From NCBI GenBank assembly GCA_964016885.1, contig OZ024752.1:23560001-23624000 (forward strand): 64,000 bases of DNA, in the 5' to 3' direction. This document shows, piece after piece, positions 26,012 to 38,380 of this stretch (positions within the stretch are counted from its first letter, which is position 1; the number at the start of each line of letters is the position of its first letter). The position numbers and the translations under genes are program-made. Source of the stretch: Eledone cirrhosa (taxonomy: Eukaryota). The notes under the pieces were generated by a model that had not been told where the DNA came from, did not search any database, and saw only the letters and a program-made list of their open reading frames with translations.

Positions 26012-29000
26012 GGTTATTGGTGTGATCGGACGTCGTTTTGCTCGCTCCCGTAAGTTTCTTTATTTACCTGTCATAAATCATTTATTGTAAATTTTTTTTT
26101 GTCGTGTAAGGAGCATAAGCCCTGTGACGCCCCTCCCCCCAACTTTGTCTGACGGCGGTTTAAATGTTGAGGCAAATAACGCTGCCCTTCCACAGCAAAT
26201 ATGAAAACAACGCCACATTAGGCAGTATCGCCAACAGCAGCACCACCTACAACAGCAATAATGAGAGCACCAACAACAGTGAAAATTCAAATATCAAGAA
26301 AAATGACAACACCAATAACAGCAGCAACAACACCAACAGCAACTACACCAACAAGAACAACGACAACAACGGCAACAACAACAGCACCAACGACAACAAC
26401 AAGAACACTTTCACTGCGGCAGCAGACAAAGAGAGGCCATGCCTCAGCATGGACCTCTCAAATAAAGATGAAAAGTTGACACAGGCCTGGAAGCTCATCA
26501 AGCAAGAGCAAACCTGAGCAAACTTAACTGTCCTGGTAGAAGCTATTGAAGCACAGAACAGTGCATTACATATGCATCTCAGCAGAAACAAAGAAGGCAG
26601 CTTTAATTGCAGACAGATGTTGAAGCCGTGCTGAGGTGCATCAGGGATGAAACCCAATACATAGCGAGGGGCAGACAATACGGCACCATTTCGGTGCTGT
26701 TTAAGTAAAGCCCTCGCTATGAAACATGCTATGACCCCTTGCAAAACCAGCAAGGTCATAATGTACCCCTCCCACATGGGAAAAAGAACAGCCCGTCTCC
26801 ACGTTCCCAGGATCCCACCAGGACTTGACATGTGGTGGCTTCTGGGATGCATGATTGTGGAGGGGGAGGATACCGTCTCGATAGAAGTTACAAGAACTGT
26901 TAGAGAAGATGGTCCGGGGTTGACCTGGAGATACTTCTCCAGATCAGGCCGGAGAATGTCAAAACAATCCCGGACCACATCCGTCTTCAGAACGGGGCGG
27001 TAATTTCACATCATGACAGAAGCAAAAAGCCGCATTGTTTCGTTTGCGGGAAAAGAACCCATTTGCAGAGCCTTCTGCCCTCAACTGCTGAAAGATGCAA
27101 GGGGTCGAAGGGCTCCACTACTGCCGTCGCCGGGGCGAGGACCACCACCAACACAAACACTGGCAAAACCACCAGCAACAACACCAATAGAAACATAACC
27201 ACCAACATTGACCGCCCAGGAGGGAAACGAGGAAAGTTGTCAGATTCCCCCTCCTCCCCAAAATACACACATCAATAAAAACATAAACACACACACACAC
27301 ACATAGACACACTTACAGACACAGGCCCCCTCATCTTCCAGTAGTGAAGATGAAGGAAAACTAAAATCCTCAAAAATACAAAAAATGCAAGCACCACCCA
27401 CGCAAACATCTCCCCAACAACACCAACATCAACACCGCCAACACCAGCATCCTCCAAATGCAAGCAACCTAAACAGACGCAAGAACAAATACACACACAA
27501 ACATCTGAAACCACAGAACCGCACTCACAACAAACACAGTCACAACCGAAACAACACCATCAAAACCATCATCACCACATTCACCCAAATAAATAAAATC
27601 ACACCACCAAAATATATAAAACTTCGTGCTTGTCAGCAGGGCCAACAGGGAGCTGATGGCTCTCGTAGCACGAAGTAAAGAAATCCAAGATTTTAAATCG
27701 AGCACATTTCGTGTGCCAGAAGATTTGTTTCTGGTGCGAAAGTCGCTCGATTTCTACAAAGGGATTCGAGACAGCTTTCCTCGGGACGTGGGAACTCCGA
27801 ACGTAAAACCCGCATCAAGACTTTTAAAGGGGTTTCCAAAAGAAACCCCACCAACTATGGAGGTCGAACCACCCGACCTTCACAAGAACCCGGGAGGTAA
27901 GTAAACCTTTTTTCTCTCTTTTAGCCTGCCAACATGACCATATTAAGAGTAGGAAGTTTAAATGTTCGAGGCCTGGGGTTGCCCTGGAAGTAGCGTCACC
28001 TGCTCAACGACTTCAGGTCTCTAGAAATGGATGTAATTGCCGTCAGCGAGACCAGGATTTCCGACACGCGCGCACTAGCCCCCGTTTTCGACGGCTATCA
28101 GATCTTCGCATGTTAGTCGGCCTGGAATGGGAGGTGGGGTGGCAGTGCTGTTTAGGAAAGGCCTGGATCTCGAGGTAAGGTCGATCTTCCGGGACCCCGA
28201 CGGTAAGTTGGTGGTCCTGGATGTGGACAATAGCGAAGGTGGTTCCTTTAGACTGGTGGACGTCTACGCCCCTACCGGGGCCGGACGGCCGGACTTCTTT
28301 AGATGCCTGGAAGCACTAGATTTCCCTAATGCGCCGGTGTGGACCTGGACTAACCGCATATGGTCATCTAGATCATATATAGACAGGATATTCACTCGGA
28401 AAATAGATAGAAATAGTGTAAGCTGTCCACGTTTTAAAACGGTCACCTATTCAGATCACAAGTTTGTGATTTGCATGGTCGACCTAGGTAAGATGCATAG
28501 GTTAGGACCTGGTTACTGGAAGCTGAACATGTCATTTCCGACACATAAGGCTTACAGGGACCGAGTCAATAATTTAGTTAAGCAAAAGTTGATAGGGGTC
28601 TCGTCAACAACAGATGGTTGGGGGCTCTCAAAAGAGAGATTAGAGTAATTTTGAAGTACCGTTAGAGAAAAATAGAAAGAAGGGGAGCTGGTAGATAAGT
28701 TAGACGAGGCTATTTGTAGTGGCAGTGCTAACGGAGAGAATGGCATTAGACCATTTCTTCAATGCGAAACACGAAACTTGCATTGTCAGAGCTAAGGCGC
28801 GTGTTCTGAGAAACGAGGGAATCACGAGACAGACACGTGCTGAGCGATTCCAGGTGGATGTGTGAGGCCTTTCGCCAGCATTTTGCTCGGTTGTTCGGGG
28901 GAAGTGGCGGGTCAGAGACGGTGGCGGACTTCAGTCTCTACCTCGATGGCTTACCATAACTCTCGACGGCCGATGCTGAGCGCTGCGAAAGGCCGATAAC

Positions 29001-31237
29001 TTCAGCCGAAATTCAGGATGCCCTTGTTGGTTGCATGAGGCGCATGTCACCCGGTTTGGATGGTCTGCCCTACGAGCTTTACGTAAATATGCCAGACTTG
29101 TTCTCCGATCTCCTCGAAACGCTCTACTGCAACTGGAAGCAGAACGGGAGTATTCCCAGTTCTGTGAGCCGGGGCGTAGTGACGCTGATAAGGAAAGGCG
29201 AAAACAAGAGGGACACATTAGATAATTTCAGGCCCATAACTCAGCTCAACACAGAGTTTAAGATTTTGGCCAAGTTGTTAGCGAAGAGGTTGGCGCTTGT
29301 CGTCGAGGATTTGATTGGGGAGGCGCAAACTTGCGCAATCCCGACCAGGTCCATACACGACAACCTCCACCTCATGCGATACATCATAGAGAGGGTAGGG
29401 TGTAAACCTGGCTTCGGTGATATTCTGATCAATTAAGATCAATCGGAAGCATTGGATAGGGTCGACCATCGGTACCTGGAGGCTGTTCTCAAGGCAACTG
29501 GCTTCGGCCCCGTCTTCAGAAGCTGGATCGCTGCAATGCACAGCGGCATCTGCTCGGTGGTCAAAGTTAATGGCCACCTCTCGGAACCGTTTCAGATCTC
29601 GCGATCGGTCCGTCAAGGGTGCCCTCTCTCCTCCCTTCTGTACGTATTGACTCTCGAGACTTTACTGCGGAAACTGGAGCTGTTGCAGGGCATTCCGTTC
29701 GAACCGGAACGTGGAAAGGCTGTGTCGGTTTATGCGGGCGACATCACCGTGATGGTGTCGGACACATCGGAAATCGAAGTGGTCGGCAACTTATTGGAGG
29801 AATATGAAAGTTTGACGGGAGCGAAACCCAACCAGGAAAAGTCGGTGGGCTTGCAGCTCGGCGCCTGGAGAGGAAAGTCCATGCCGTCCAACAGCGTCAT
29901 TGGGCGCTGGACGGACGGACCGGTAAAGTTGTTCGGTGTTTGGTTCGGTGTTTGACGGGCAGGGTAGCCAGTCTCACCAAGAAATAGACTGCGAGGAAGC
30001 TATCACTGAAAGGTCGGGCGAAGGTGGTGAACGCATACATCACGTCCGTCATCTACTACCACCTGATCGTAGTCCCTTGCCCCCGTCCGCGGCTCACCAA
30101 CATGGAACGGCTCCTCTTAAAATTCTTGTGGAGGGGACAGGTTCCGTTGGTGAGGCGGTCCATCTGCAGCCAGCACCCTCTACTTGGAGGGCTGGGCATG
30201 CCGTGGCTAATGATGCATAGACATGCGCTGAGGCTGCGGAAGCTCCAGGTATTCTGCCTAAACGGGGAACAGGTGTGGTAGCCATTTGTCAGACTGGCCT
30301 TTCCGCAGCTCGTCTCTTTGACTGAGCTGCAGTCCTGGGTCAAGAAGAGACCATGACTGGGCGACTGGGCTCTGGGCGTCGACGAAGGCGAACTAACCAG
30401 TCTGTTCCGGAGGACTCTTCGACCCGGGGACAATGGAAAACTTCCAAAAATCCCTCGCTTGACAGTGCTACCGGGGGGGGGGGGTGCACTGCCGGTTCGA
30501 GATAAACTCTACAGGCATGGAAGTGCTGTCGGACGAACCTGCCGGAGATGCGCGCAGAGCGACGAAACCGTTCAGCACGCACTCGTCCAGTGTCGGTGGA
30601 GTTATGTCGAACAGCTGTTGTCGCCTGTAGAACGGATCGGGCTATCGGCTGAGTCCATAGTGAAGATCGACCCGCCGCCTTCTTTTGGCCAGAAAGGGCA
30701 GGCAATTTTCCTCTGTCTGGTGGCAGTTGCGAAAGAGGTTGTATGGTCGACCAGGCTGAAAGGACTGAAGACAGACACTTTTCTCTTCGGCCAATCCCTC
30801 ATCAACTTTTTCCAGTTTCACTTGGAAAGGAAGGTGAGGGTGGAGAGAGAAGTGCTGCCCTCCTTTACATTTGCTGAAAGGTGGGTGGATGTGGCCTGAA
30901 TGGCCCGTGTGAGTGGGCTTACTTTGATTATGTGCCTGTAGGTTGGTGAATTTGAGGAGGAGAGGGGTACCCTTCCCGGGTGCTCTCGAAGCGTTGGGTG
31001 GTTCAGGATTGGTGGGGTACCTGATCAACCCTGGGTGGTTACCCCCCCCCCTATTGGGGAATTTTTCATTGTTGTATTTTTCCTGTTATTTTGTTATTGT
31101 TATTTATATTTTTACACGTTATATATGTAAACCCCCTGTGTCCCTGTCTAGTGTATTAAACCCCCACTGACCCTGTCTAGTGTATCGTTCCCTATATGTC
31201 ACGCCCTTGTGGCCAATAAATGAAACCATTATTATTA
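26012..31237 (+). mobile_element. Near full-length Tx1/L1-clade LINE (second family), pseudogenised
   Basis: ORF1 remnants end EVEPPDLHKNPGGK* (27904); ORF2 starts ~27934 MTILRVGSLNVRG; SDHKFV, SPGLDGLP, NFRPITQLN, VRQGCPLS, CRRCAQSDETVQHALVQC; ends CCCTTGTGGCCAATAAATGAAACC(ATT)n. Confidence 0.92.
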
Positions 31238-31458
31238 GGGCCGTGGATTGTCAGAATCATTAGAGTGTTGGAGAAAATACTTTGTGGCATTTATTACGGC
31301 CCTTTACGTTGTGAGTTCAAATCCCGCCGAGGTTAGCTTTGCCTTTCATCCTTACGGGGTCGATAAAATAAAGTACTAGTAATGCACTGGGTCGATTTAA
31401 TCGACTTTCCCCTCCCCCAAAATTGCTCGCCTTGTGCCTATAGTAGAAATCATTATTA
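31238..31458 (+). mobile_element. tRNA-derived SINE, full length
   Basis: Head GGGCCGTGGATTGTCAGAATC, B box, core, CCTTGTGCCTATAGTAGAAATCATTATT end. Confidence 0.88.
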
Positions 31459-31939
31459 AAGTAAATATAATATGTATATTTTTTATATATATCTATTTAT
31501 GATTCGTAAATAATAATTTACGAATAGGATGTTTACGCGACTTTGTTCTATAGCAAATATGTCGTCCATGAACACATCAAAAACATTACCAACAAGGAAG
31601 TTTCTACTGGATAACCTGACTAGCAAGAAATAGCAGCAAAATACTCCTTAAATAATACCCAACTGTCTTCAGAAAAGAAAGAATAGGAAGTAGACCAATT
31701 GTAAAGTAATCCTAGATTTACGATGTCTAAAAAATAAATTGACGCGTAGGTCATGATTGGAACGCCTGTAAACATGTCTGCAAGATTTCAAGGCTGACCT
31801 GTGGCTAAACGACGAAGACAAGATAAAATAAGAATCTATGTTAGATATGTAAAGGAGGAATGAGTTCAGACATCTCGACGAATTTCTTTAATATTTCGAC
31901 CACGTTACCTAAAATTTCCTCGTTCTCTAGACTCTCCTA

Positions 31940-32004
<65 letters not shown>

Positions 32005-32034
32005 TATATATAATAAACAGCATAAGATAATTAT

Positions 32035-32093
32035 TTCATTTACCGGTGGTTTCTTGAAAGCAAACAAAATTTGCTTTCAGTCATCAGAATGAA
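32035..32093 (-). ncRNA. Type I hammerhead ribozyme motif (inverted copy)
   Basis: Reverse complement TTCATT-CTGATGA-CTGAAAGCAAATTTTGTTTGCTTTCAA-GAAA-CCACCGG-TA-AATGAA. Confidence 0.78.
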
Positions 32094-32180
32094 AAATTCC
32101 TGGTGTATTTATTGACAGTGGATTTTAAAAACCTGACAGTGGTTTTTAAAATCCACTGTCAATAAATACACCAGGATTTT

Positions 32181-32239
32181 TTCATTCTGATGACTGAAAG
32201 CAAATTTTGTTTGTTTTCAAGAAACCACTGGTAAATGAA
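32181..32239 (+). ncRNA. Type I hammerhead ribozyme motif
   Basis: TTCATT-CTGATGA-CTGAAAGCAAATTTTGTTTGTTTTCAA-GAAA-CCACTGG-TA-AATGAA. Confidence 0.8.
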
Positions 32240-32734
32240 ATACTTATCTTATGTTGTTTATTACATAATAAGCTCTGTAACCTACATTGAGCACTCTTTT
32301 TTCCTGGACCTTTCCAACGGAATTACTTCATATATATATATCTTTCTTACTCTCTCTCTCTCTCTCTCTCACTGTCTCCCTCTTTCTCACTTTCTCCCCC
32401 TCTCTCTCTCTCCCTATTTCTTTATTTTGGATATGCCCTACCACCTGCATCACTTATACTATCTTTCAAATATGGGATGTGTTATTCAAGAATTAAGTTT
32501 ATAAATATTCCAAGGGTGAGTAATTTGTAGAATTTAATACAGTGTCTCGCAAAATATATTTGCCTGTGTTTGGTTATGGTTCTTTATCTTCAGAGTTGAA
32601 AATCATGCTGAGGTCAACCTCATTTTTATTCCTCTAAGAGCGATCAAATAATCACCAGTCAGAGAATGGTGTCAATCTAAACGACTGTTCTCTTTTCTTA
32701 TAAATGTGTCTATATACGAAATGTCTAATATAGG

Positions 32735-33035
32735 TATGTATGGTCCCGTAACTCGTGATAAAGTCGTAAGGGCATTTTAAGCCTGGCGGAACCCATCCTT
32801 CTCCAGACCTGAGTTCAGCAGATTTCTTCCATAGAAAGATAGAAAGTGGGAGAAGGAAATGAGATGGAGATATTAGAGGAAGAATCGACCCCAATACTAG
32901 ACTGGTACTTTTTTATCGACCTCCAAAGGATGAAAGGCAAAGTTGACGTCGGCGGGATTTGAACTCAGAGAGCCGGAACGAGTACCATAAAGCATTCTAT
33001 CCGACGTTCTAACCACTCTGCCAAATCGCCGCCTA
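32735..33035 (-). mobile_element. tRNA-derived SINE, alternative-tail variant, full length
   Basis: Reverse complement starts GGCGGCGATTTGGCAGAGTGGTTAGAA, B box GAGTTCAAATCCC, core, then tail ending GAGTTACGGGACCATACATAC. Confidence 0.8.
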
Positions 33036-34084
33036 TCTAACGTAGGTACAGAGTCAGAAATTTAGGAAAGAATTAAATCGACCCCAGTACTTCATTTATT
33101 GATCCCTGGATCCCTTGGCGCCAACAAGATTAAAACACAGAATGTAAAGAGACGGGATAATTAACGCTTAGCATTTTGTCAAACGCTCTAACGATTCTGC
33201 CAATCCACCACTTTAACTATTTATAATATAGAGGTACTATAAAATATTTCTGCTATTTTGATTGTAAATCTTAAACCTAGCAGCGAATTAGCTGTGTTGT
33301 TATACCTTGTGGTATTACTCTCAGCCTGCTAGAAAAGGCAGTCAGATCACTACCAAATCATGCTCATAAATTTGTTTGACCAGGGCTGATCTGATGCTAA
33401 ACATCAACACCAAAAATATGTGACGTCGAGCTAACGAGGGAGACTTGAATCGGTCACTGAATCTGCTGGATATATTGATAGATATCATAGATACAAGGTC
33501 ATAAACCTTACAGATGTTAAGAAATGATTTGATTGGGCTTAATTATCCTTATATTATCAACCGCAGGGTGTAAAGCGAGATTTGAACTCAAAATGTGTAG
33601 GTCCGTGTCTTTATTTTACAATCCATCGTCCATGTAAAAAAAAATGCTATTATTGGTGTTCAAGGGATAAAGTATGTTAATGTAGGATAGAGGGCAAGTT
33701 CTGTGGTAAGTTCTCCGGGAAAAAATACGGGACTTCATTTCGGTTCTAGGTTGTAACTGAAAAATAATTTTCATAATTTTCTCCGGATTTTCAAAGAATC
33801 ACATTTTAAGAGATATTAACCACACACAAATATAACATATGTATACACTTATTACTTGCAAGAATAGCCGTCTGGGTAAGAAATTTGTTCCGTAACATCA
33901 TTCTGGCTTCGACTCACCGCAAAGTATTTTGGGTTAAAGTGTTCTATTTTAGCCTCAGGTTGATCAATGCCAACAACGCACTTTCCGTATATTAAATGAC
34001 ATCATGAAAAGTAAGATGCCTTCTTACATGCGTAGTGTTTTACCATAATATCGTGTCTGTTAGGGCAGTGTCTTGGCAGAATTC

Positions 34085-34500
34085 TTAAAGCGTTAGACAA
34101 AATGCTTTGCGACAAGCAATGCCGTTTGACCTATCAAATAATTATTTTTTCCAGCCTGTGGCGCTCGAGACGTTCGGTGGAGTTGTGCCACTGACAGCGA
34201 AGTTCTTGTCTTCACTGGTGGCTCGCCTTACTGAGGTGTCAGGTGATGCCCGTGAGGGTGCCTGGTTATTTCAGCGCCTTAGCCTCGCCATCGCTCGTGG
34301 TAATGCTGCGAGCGTGTTGGCTTGCCTCAAGTGTGTAGCTAACCTCTAAGGTGTGAGGTGTGGCCGATTATCAAACTTGATGGTGAATTGCCCACAGACT
34401 CCTTTTTTCCCTTCTTTTTTCTTTCCTTTATCATTTTTGTTCAATGAATTTATATTAATGAATTTATATTAATGAATTTATATCAATGAATTTATATTTT
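34085..34500 (+). mobile_element. CRE-like retrotransposon, extreme 3' (RLE C-terminal) fragment with a 14-bp tandem tail
   Basis: YFFQPVALETFGG...GDAREGAWLFQRLSLAIARGNAASVL; followed by (AATGAATTTATATT)x4. Confidence 0.78.
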
Positions 34501-34539
34501 AATGTCCTTCTGAACGAATTGCGAGCAATTTATAATGTT

Positions 34540-34895
34540 ACGAGATCACCCGTGACCTGTTGGGTAACGGTCACTTAAAAATATTTTTAAAAAATCATGT
34601 TCACTTAAAAATAATTTTTACAGCTCTCTCTCTTTCTTTCTCTTCCATTTGCCTTCTCTGTCCCCCTCTCTCTCTATGTCTCTCTTTCAATTTACTCTCT
34701 CACAACCACTATCTCTTTCTGCCTATCTTTCTCTCTCTCTATTTATGAAGGTACGCAGAAAAACCTTGTATCTCGGGACCCGTGCTCCAATTTACGCGAA
34801 ACTTGTTTTATTACATTTGTATTCCCATTTCAGGGGCAACTTCCTTTCAAAGTATTTTCCTATTATGCACCGTTTTTGCTATATTAAATTATAGA
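34540..34895 (-). mobile_element. Possible non-autonomous Helitron-like element
   Basis: Minus strand begins TCTATAATTTAATATAGC and ends with hairpin ACCCAACAGGTCACGGGT followed by a degenerate CTAG (CTCG). Confidence 0.4.
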
Positions 34896-35100
34896 CAAAA
34901 CAATCACATAGTTGTAGTAGTATATAGATTTACGCATTTGTAATGTTATTTATGTATATATTTAAAACATATTTGCAATTTTATTCTACTGTAAATTTAT
35001 ACAATTGTAATGAAGTTTCTAATTTGTTATTAATATTACATTGTACAATCTTGTGTGATGTCTATATATTTATAAAGCACAGCTTAAATTCATTCATAAA

Positions 35101-35310
35101 CTGAGTTTCTTGTCTGCCATGTTTGAGACTGTTAGACTTATTCAACTTTTCTTGAGCATCCCTGCAACTTCTGTTGTTTTCAAAAGACGCTTCTCAATCT
35201 AAGAGAGAATTCTATCATTCTTAAGATATACAATGACGTTGGCTTGAGAAAGAGATACTTGTTCATTTAGATCGATTAAAAATAATACGATATTAGAAGA
35301 ATTTGCGATG
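35101..35310 (+). pseudogene. hAT transposase C-terminal dimerisation-domain relic
   Basis: Manual translation from 35101: LSFLSAMFETVRLIQLFLSIPATSVVFKRRFSI*ERILSFLRYTMT, matching the hAT L.L.IPATS...ER.FS...I...LR.TM pattern. Confidence 0.6.
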
Positions 35311-35788
35311 AAACCAAGGCGCTTGGAATGTGTATTAAAATTAGGTCTTTATTTCTGATTCAGCTAAAGGAAAATAACATTACAACTTTTTCACCATTGT
35401 TTCAGAATCAAAATATAAACACATATAATAAATACAATTAACTAATGCTAGAAACCTTACAAATAAAACGCAGCAAAATATACGATCAAAGCGAGAGAAA
35501 TAAAAAAAAAAAGAAACAAAAACAAAAAGGACCATCGATTCACCACCGAATGCGATAATCGGCCGCACATCACAAGGGTCAACGGAAAGAAAACCTTCTA
35601 AATAAATTTACTGTAGAAATGTACTAAATATTAAGGAAGAAAGAAACTTTGTGTTTTTTTGTATTAATCCCCACTACACTACATAATTATTGCTACAACA
35701 CACCGTAATTTTCTTGGTTTAATGTAAATTAACTATAGGTGTCATAATTACAGTTTAGCATATCCCTCAAATTTGTTTCCTCAAAACT

Positions 35789-35998
35789 TACTCCCATGTC
35801 CAAAATAATAGGGGGATGGTGGAATAAGCGGAAGATGTTTAAATTCTTATAAGTGGGGGGCGGGGAGAACAGGGTGGAATCGGTAATTGTATAAGTGTAC
35901 GTTCGTAAATATGGGATAAAAGTGGGGATGATGGAACATATCTGAAAAATTAATAAGCGAGGTGCGAGTGGGGGTGATTATTCAAGACCTGAGAGTAC
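35789..35998. mobile_element. Possible MITE with imperfect terminal inverted repeats
   Basis: TACTCCCATGTCCAAAATAAT ... ATTATTCAAGACCTGAGAGTA. Confidence 0.35.
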
Positions 35999-36089
35999 TT
36001 AATAATATGTTGTAGAGACACATTTTCAAAAGTGTAGATTGAGATTATCTTGATGAAAATGATTTTATTTTTTATTTTTGCGGTGATCG

Positions 36090-36493
36090 TGATTACAAGC
36101 GGCATAAATGGGATTCCTCCGAAGGGTCTTTGGAGTAACGTTACTCGGAGATCAGAGAGTTGCTCCAGGTAGAGCCGCTACTTCTTCGAATGAGAGATCA
36201 CAGCTCCGATACTATGGACATGTGGTTAGAATGTCTCAGGAAAGAACTGCTGGACAGATTTTACGAGCAAAACCAACCGGCAAGAGACCCAGGAGTAGAC
36301 TCCGAGTAAGATGGTTGGATAACATCCATGAACTTGGCTGGTTTCGCTTGGGGATCCAGCCGGAACAGCTGGAGAGAGTTGCTTCTGACAGGACCCGCTG
36401 GAAGAAGTGTTTGAGGACTCTGCCCTACAACCCTCTCAGAAATAAGTGGACAAAGAAGAAGAAGAAGAAGAAGAAGAAGAAGAAGAAGAAGAA
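36090..36493 (+). mobile_element. RTE-clade LINE 3' fragment with (AAG)n tail
   Basis: MGFLRRVFGVTL, QLRYYGHVVRM, GKRPRSRLRVRWLD, ASDRTRWK; (AAG)n at 36453-36493. Confidence 0.85.
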
Positions 36494-36911
36494 GGGTGGT
36501 GAGGAAAAGGGCGCAATACCTAGTTGTTGAAATGACTTTACTTTCCCGTAGAAAATCTGTGAAACTATCCAGACGGATATTATGGAATTGGATGTCATGA
36601 AGAATGAAATTTCCAGTTTAAGTTTAGCCTAATAACGAATAGATATGAACATTATTTAGTAACGACTAAGGGAACTATGCAATAATGAAAGGGCTGAAAT
36701 ATGTAAAATATTTTTTAAAAGTTATGTTCACATAATCGGGATCTACACCTTAGAAAATATATATCGGTAAAATCTCATTAAAATATGTTTTATCGGGAAA
36801 CTTATTAGGCACTTCGAGGTGGTGTGGGAAATGAAGTATACCTATTGCAGAAATTACATAAGTATACATATATACATATATATATATTTTTTTTCCATTA
36901 ACATTACAAAG

Positions 36912-36995
36912 GGTCTGACGATCCCGGATTACAGAGTAGGGTCAGATCGATACAGATAGAACCTTGAGCTGATCAGTGGCGAAACGCGCGTCACC
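36912..36995 (+). ncRNA. Type I hammerhead-like motif with enlarged stem II
   Basis: GGT-CTGACGA...GAAA-CGCGCG-TC-ACC; palindromic stem III ACGCGCGT; distal stem I CATTAC/GTAATG; base of stem II poorly paired. Confidence 0.6.
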
Positions 36996-37015
36996 AACCA
37001 ATAATCGTAATGAAG

Positions 37016-37044
37016 GAGTAACCAATCGTCCTTTTTATCTTATT

Positions 37045-37126
<82 letters not shown>

Positions 37127-37152
37127 AATAAGATAAAAAGGACGATTGGTTA

Positions 37153-37188
<36 letters not shown>

Positions 37189-37221
37189 AGTAACCAATCG
37201 TCCGTTTTATCTTATTTCACT
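37016..37221. repeat. Three alternating-orientation copies of a ~34-bp end sequence separated by (TA)n
   Basis: GAGTAACCAATCGTCCTTTTTATCTTATTTCAC (+), its reverse complement at ~37123-37155, and again (+) at ~37188-37220. Confidence 0.85.
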
Positions 37222-37276
37222 ATATATATATATATATATATATATACTGTTTCATTCAAAAGAAGTTAACAGGAAA

Positions 37277-37326
37277 GCTTCCCTGATGACTTCTTTTGGA
37301 TGAAACATTTCTAATAATGTAGAAGC
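37277..37326 (+). ncRNA. Small type I hammerhead motif within a ~100-bp mini-element
   Basis: GCTTC(C)-CTGATGA-CTTCTTTTGGAT-GAAA-CATT-tctaat-AATG-TA-GAAGC; preceded by an inverted partial copy; degenerate relative on minus strand at ~40498-40555. Confidence 0.65.
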
Positions 37327-37361
37327 CATTTCTATATTAAACAGTATATATACATATATAT

Positions 37362-38222
37362 ATTCTAGGGCGAGTAAAATTCATGAGATCCATGGACGAG
37401 TTCTCTCCAGCGGTCTCTGTCCCTCATTATCGCTGCCATGTCCTGCGTCTCCAACAGACCAGTGTCTGTCCTTAGGGCATCAACATACGTTAACCTTGGT
37501 CTTCCTCTTCCAGTGTGTCCATGTAGGGGCTCCCACAGGAGCATTGAGTGCAATATCAACTCTGGATGTCGGTGAGCATGTCCAGCTAACCTCAGTCTCC
37601 TCTGTGTCACTTTTGAGCTGACTTTTGTGAGGCTCCCATACAGCTCTGAGTTTTTCATCCTCAGTGTATACTGATTAATGTTCAGAGCCATCCTCAGCAT
37701 TCTCGTGTAGCACCCATCCACCATCTGAGTGAGTTTCTTGGTCAGTGTCCAAGTCTCAGACCCGTACAGCAGCACAGACTCTACTACAGCAATGAAGAGG
37801 CGGATTTTCAGGTCTTCACGAAGGTCCGACTTCCACACCGATCTCAAGCTATGGCACGCCGCCCAGGCTTTGCTCTTCCTCTCAACCACATCATCTTCCG
37901 TATTCCCAATCTTTGCTCCCAAATACAGGAAGTCCTCAACCAATTCTAGCGGCTTCCCGCTTCTCAACATTCTCTACCAGATATTTTGTTTTAGTCTCAT
38001 TCATTCTCAGCCCCACACTCATCGACACAGTCTCAACCTCCTGCATCAAATCCTCTGCCTCCTTCACTGTATTTGTCACCAAAACTATGTCGCCGGCAAA
38101 TTCAGCATCTGATATCTCTTTCGCCTTAACTCTCCTGCTCTGAGCCGGTGCTACAGTAAAGCCAGAGTCCTGGTGTTTCTCCAGTGCAAGGCGCATACAA
38201 TAGTCCACTACGATGATAAACA
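37362..38222 (-). mobile_element. RTE-clade LINE 3' part, 5'-truncated within RT
   Basis: FIIVVDYCMR, DAEFAGDIVL, VEDFLYLG, VESVLLYGSETWTLT, RRLRLAGH, GRGRPRLTY. Confidence 0.9.
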
Positions 38223-38256
38223 TATATATATATACTGAATATATATATATATAGAA

Positions 38257-38289
<33 letters not shown>

Positions 38290-38315
38290 AAATAGAACTT
38301 CTTGTGATCAAGTAT

Positions 38316-38380
38316 ATTTTATTATACATATTTCAGAGGTACTGAGCTAACTTCAACAGTACGTCCTCATCAGATGAAAT
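38316..38380 (-). ncRNA. Slightly degenerate type I hammerhead motif
   Basis: Reverse complement ATTTCAT-CTGATGA-GGACGTACTG...CAGTACCTCT-GAAA-TATGTA-TA-ATAAAAT; one mismatch in stem I. Confidence 0.6.

Larger units (their letters stand above)
32011..32332. mobile_element. Fold-back Penelope-like/HHR mini-element (~123-bp arms, 7-nt loop) in (TA)n
   Basis: 32011-32133 is the reverse complement of 32141-32263 (few mismatches); extension to 32332 matches the reverse complement of ~8626-8700. Confidence 0.8.

Noticed and set aside
21559-27700. Asn/Thr-rich or Leu/Val-rich ORFs as host or membrane proteins
   Set aside because: Low-complexity (AAC)n segments of decayed Tx1 ORF1 and their antisense translations.
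27897-27924. GTAAGT...TTTTAG mini-intron between Tx1 ORF1 and ORF2
   Set aside because: Only 28 nt, removal does not put ORF1 in frame with ORF2, and it is not conserved in the other Tx1 copy.
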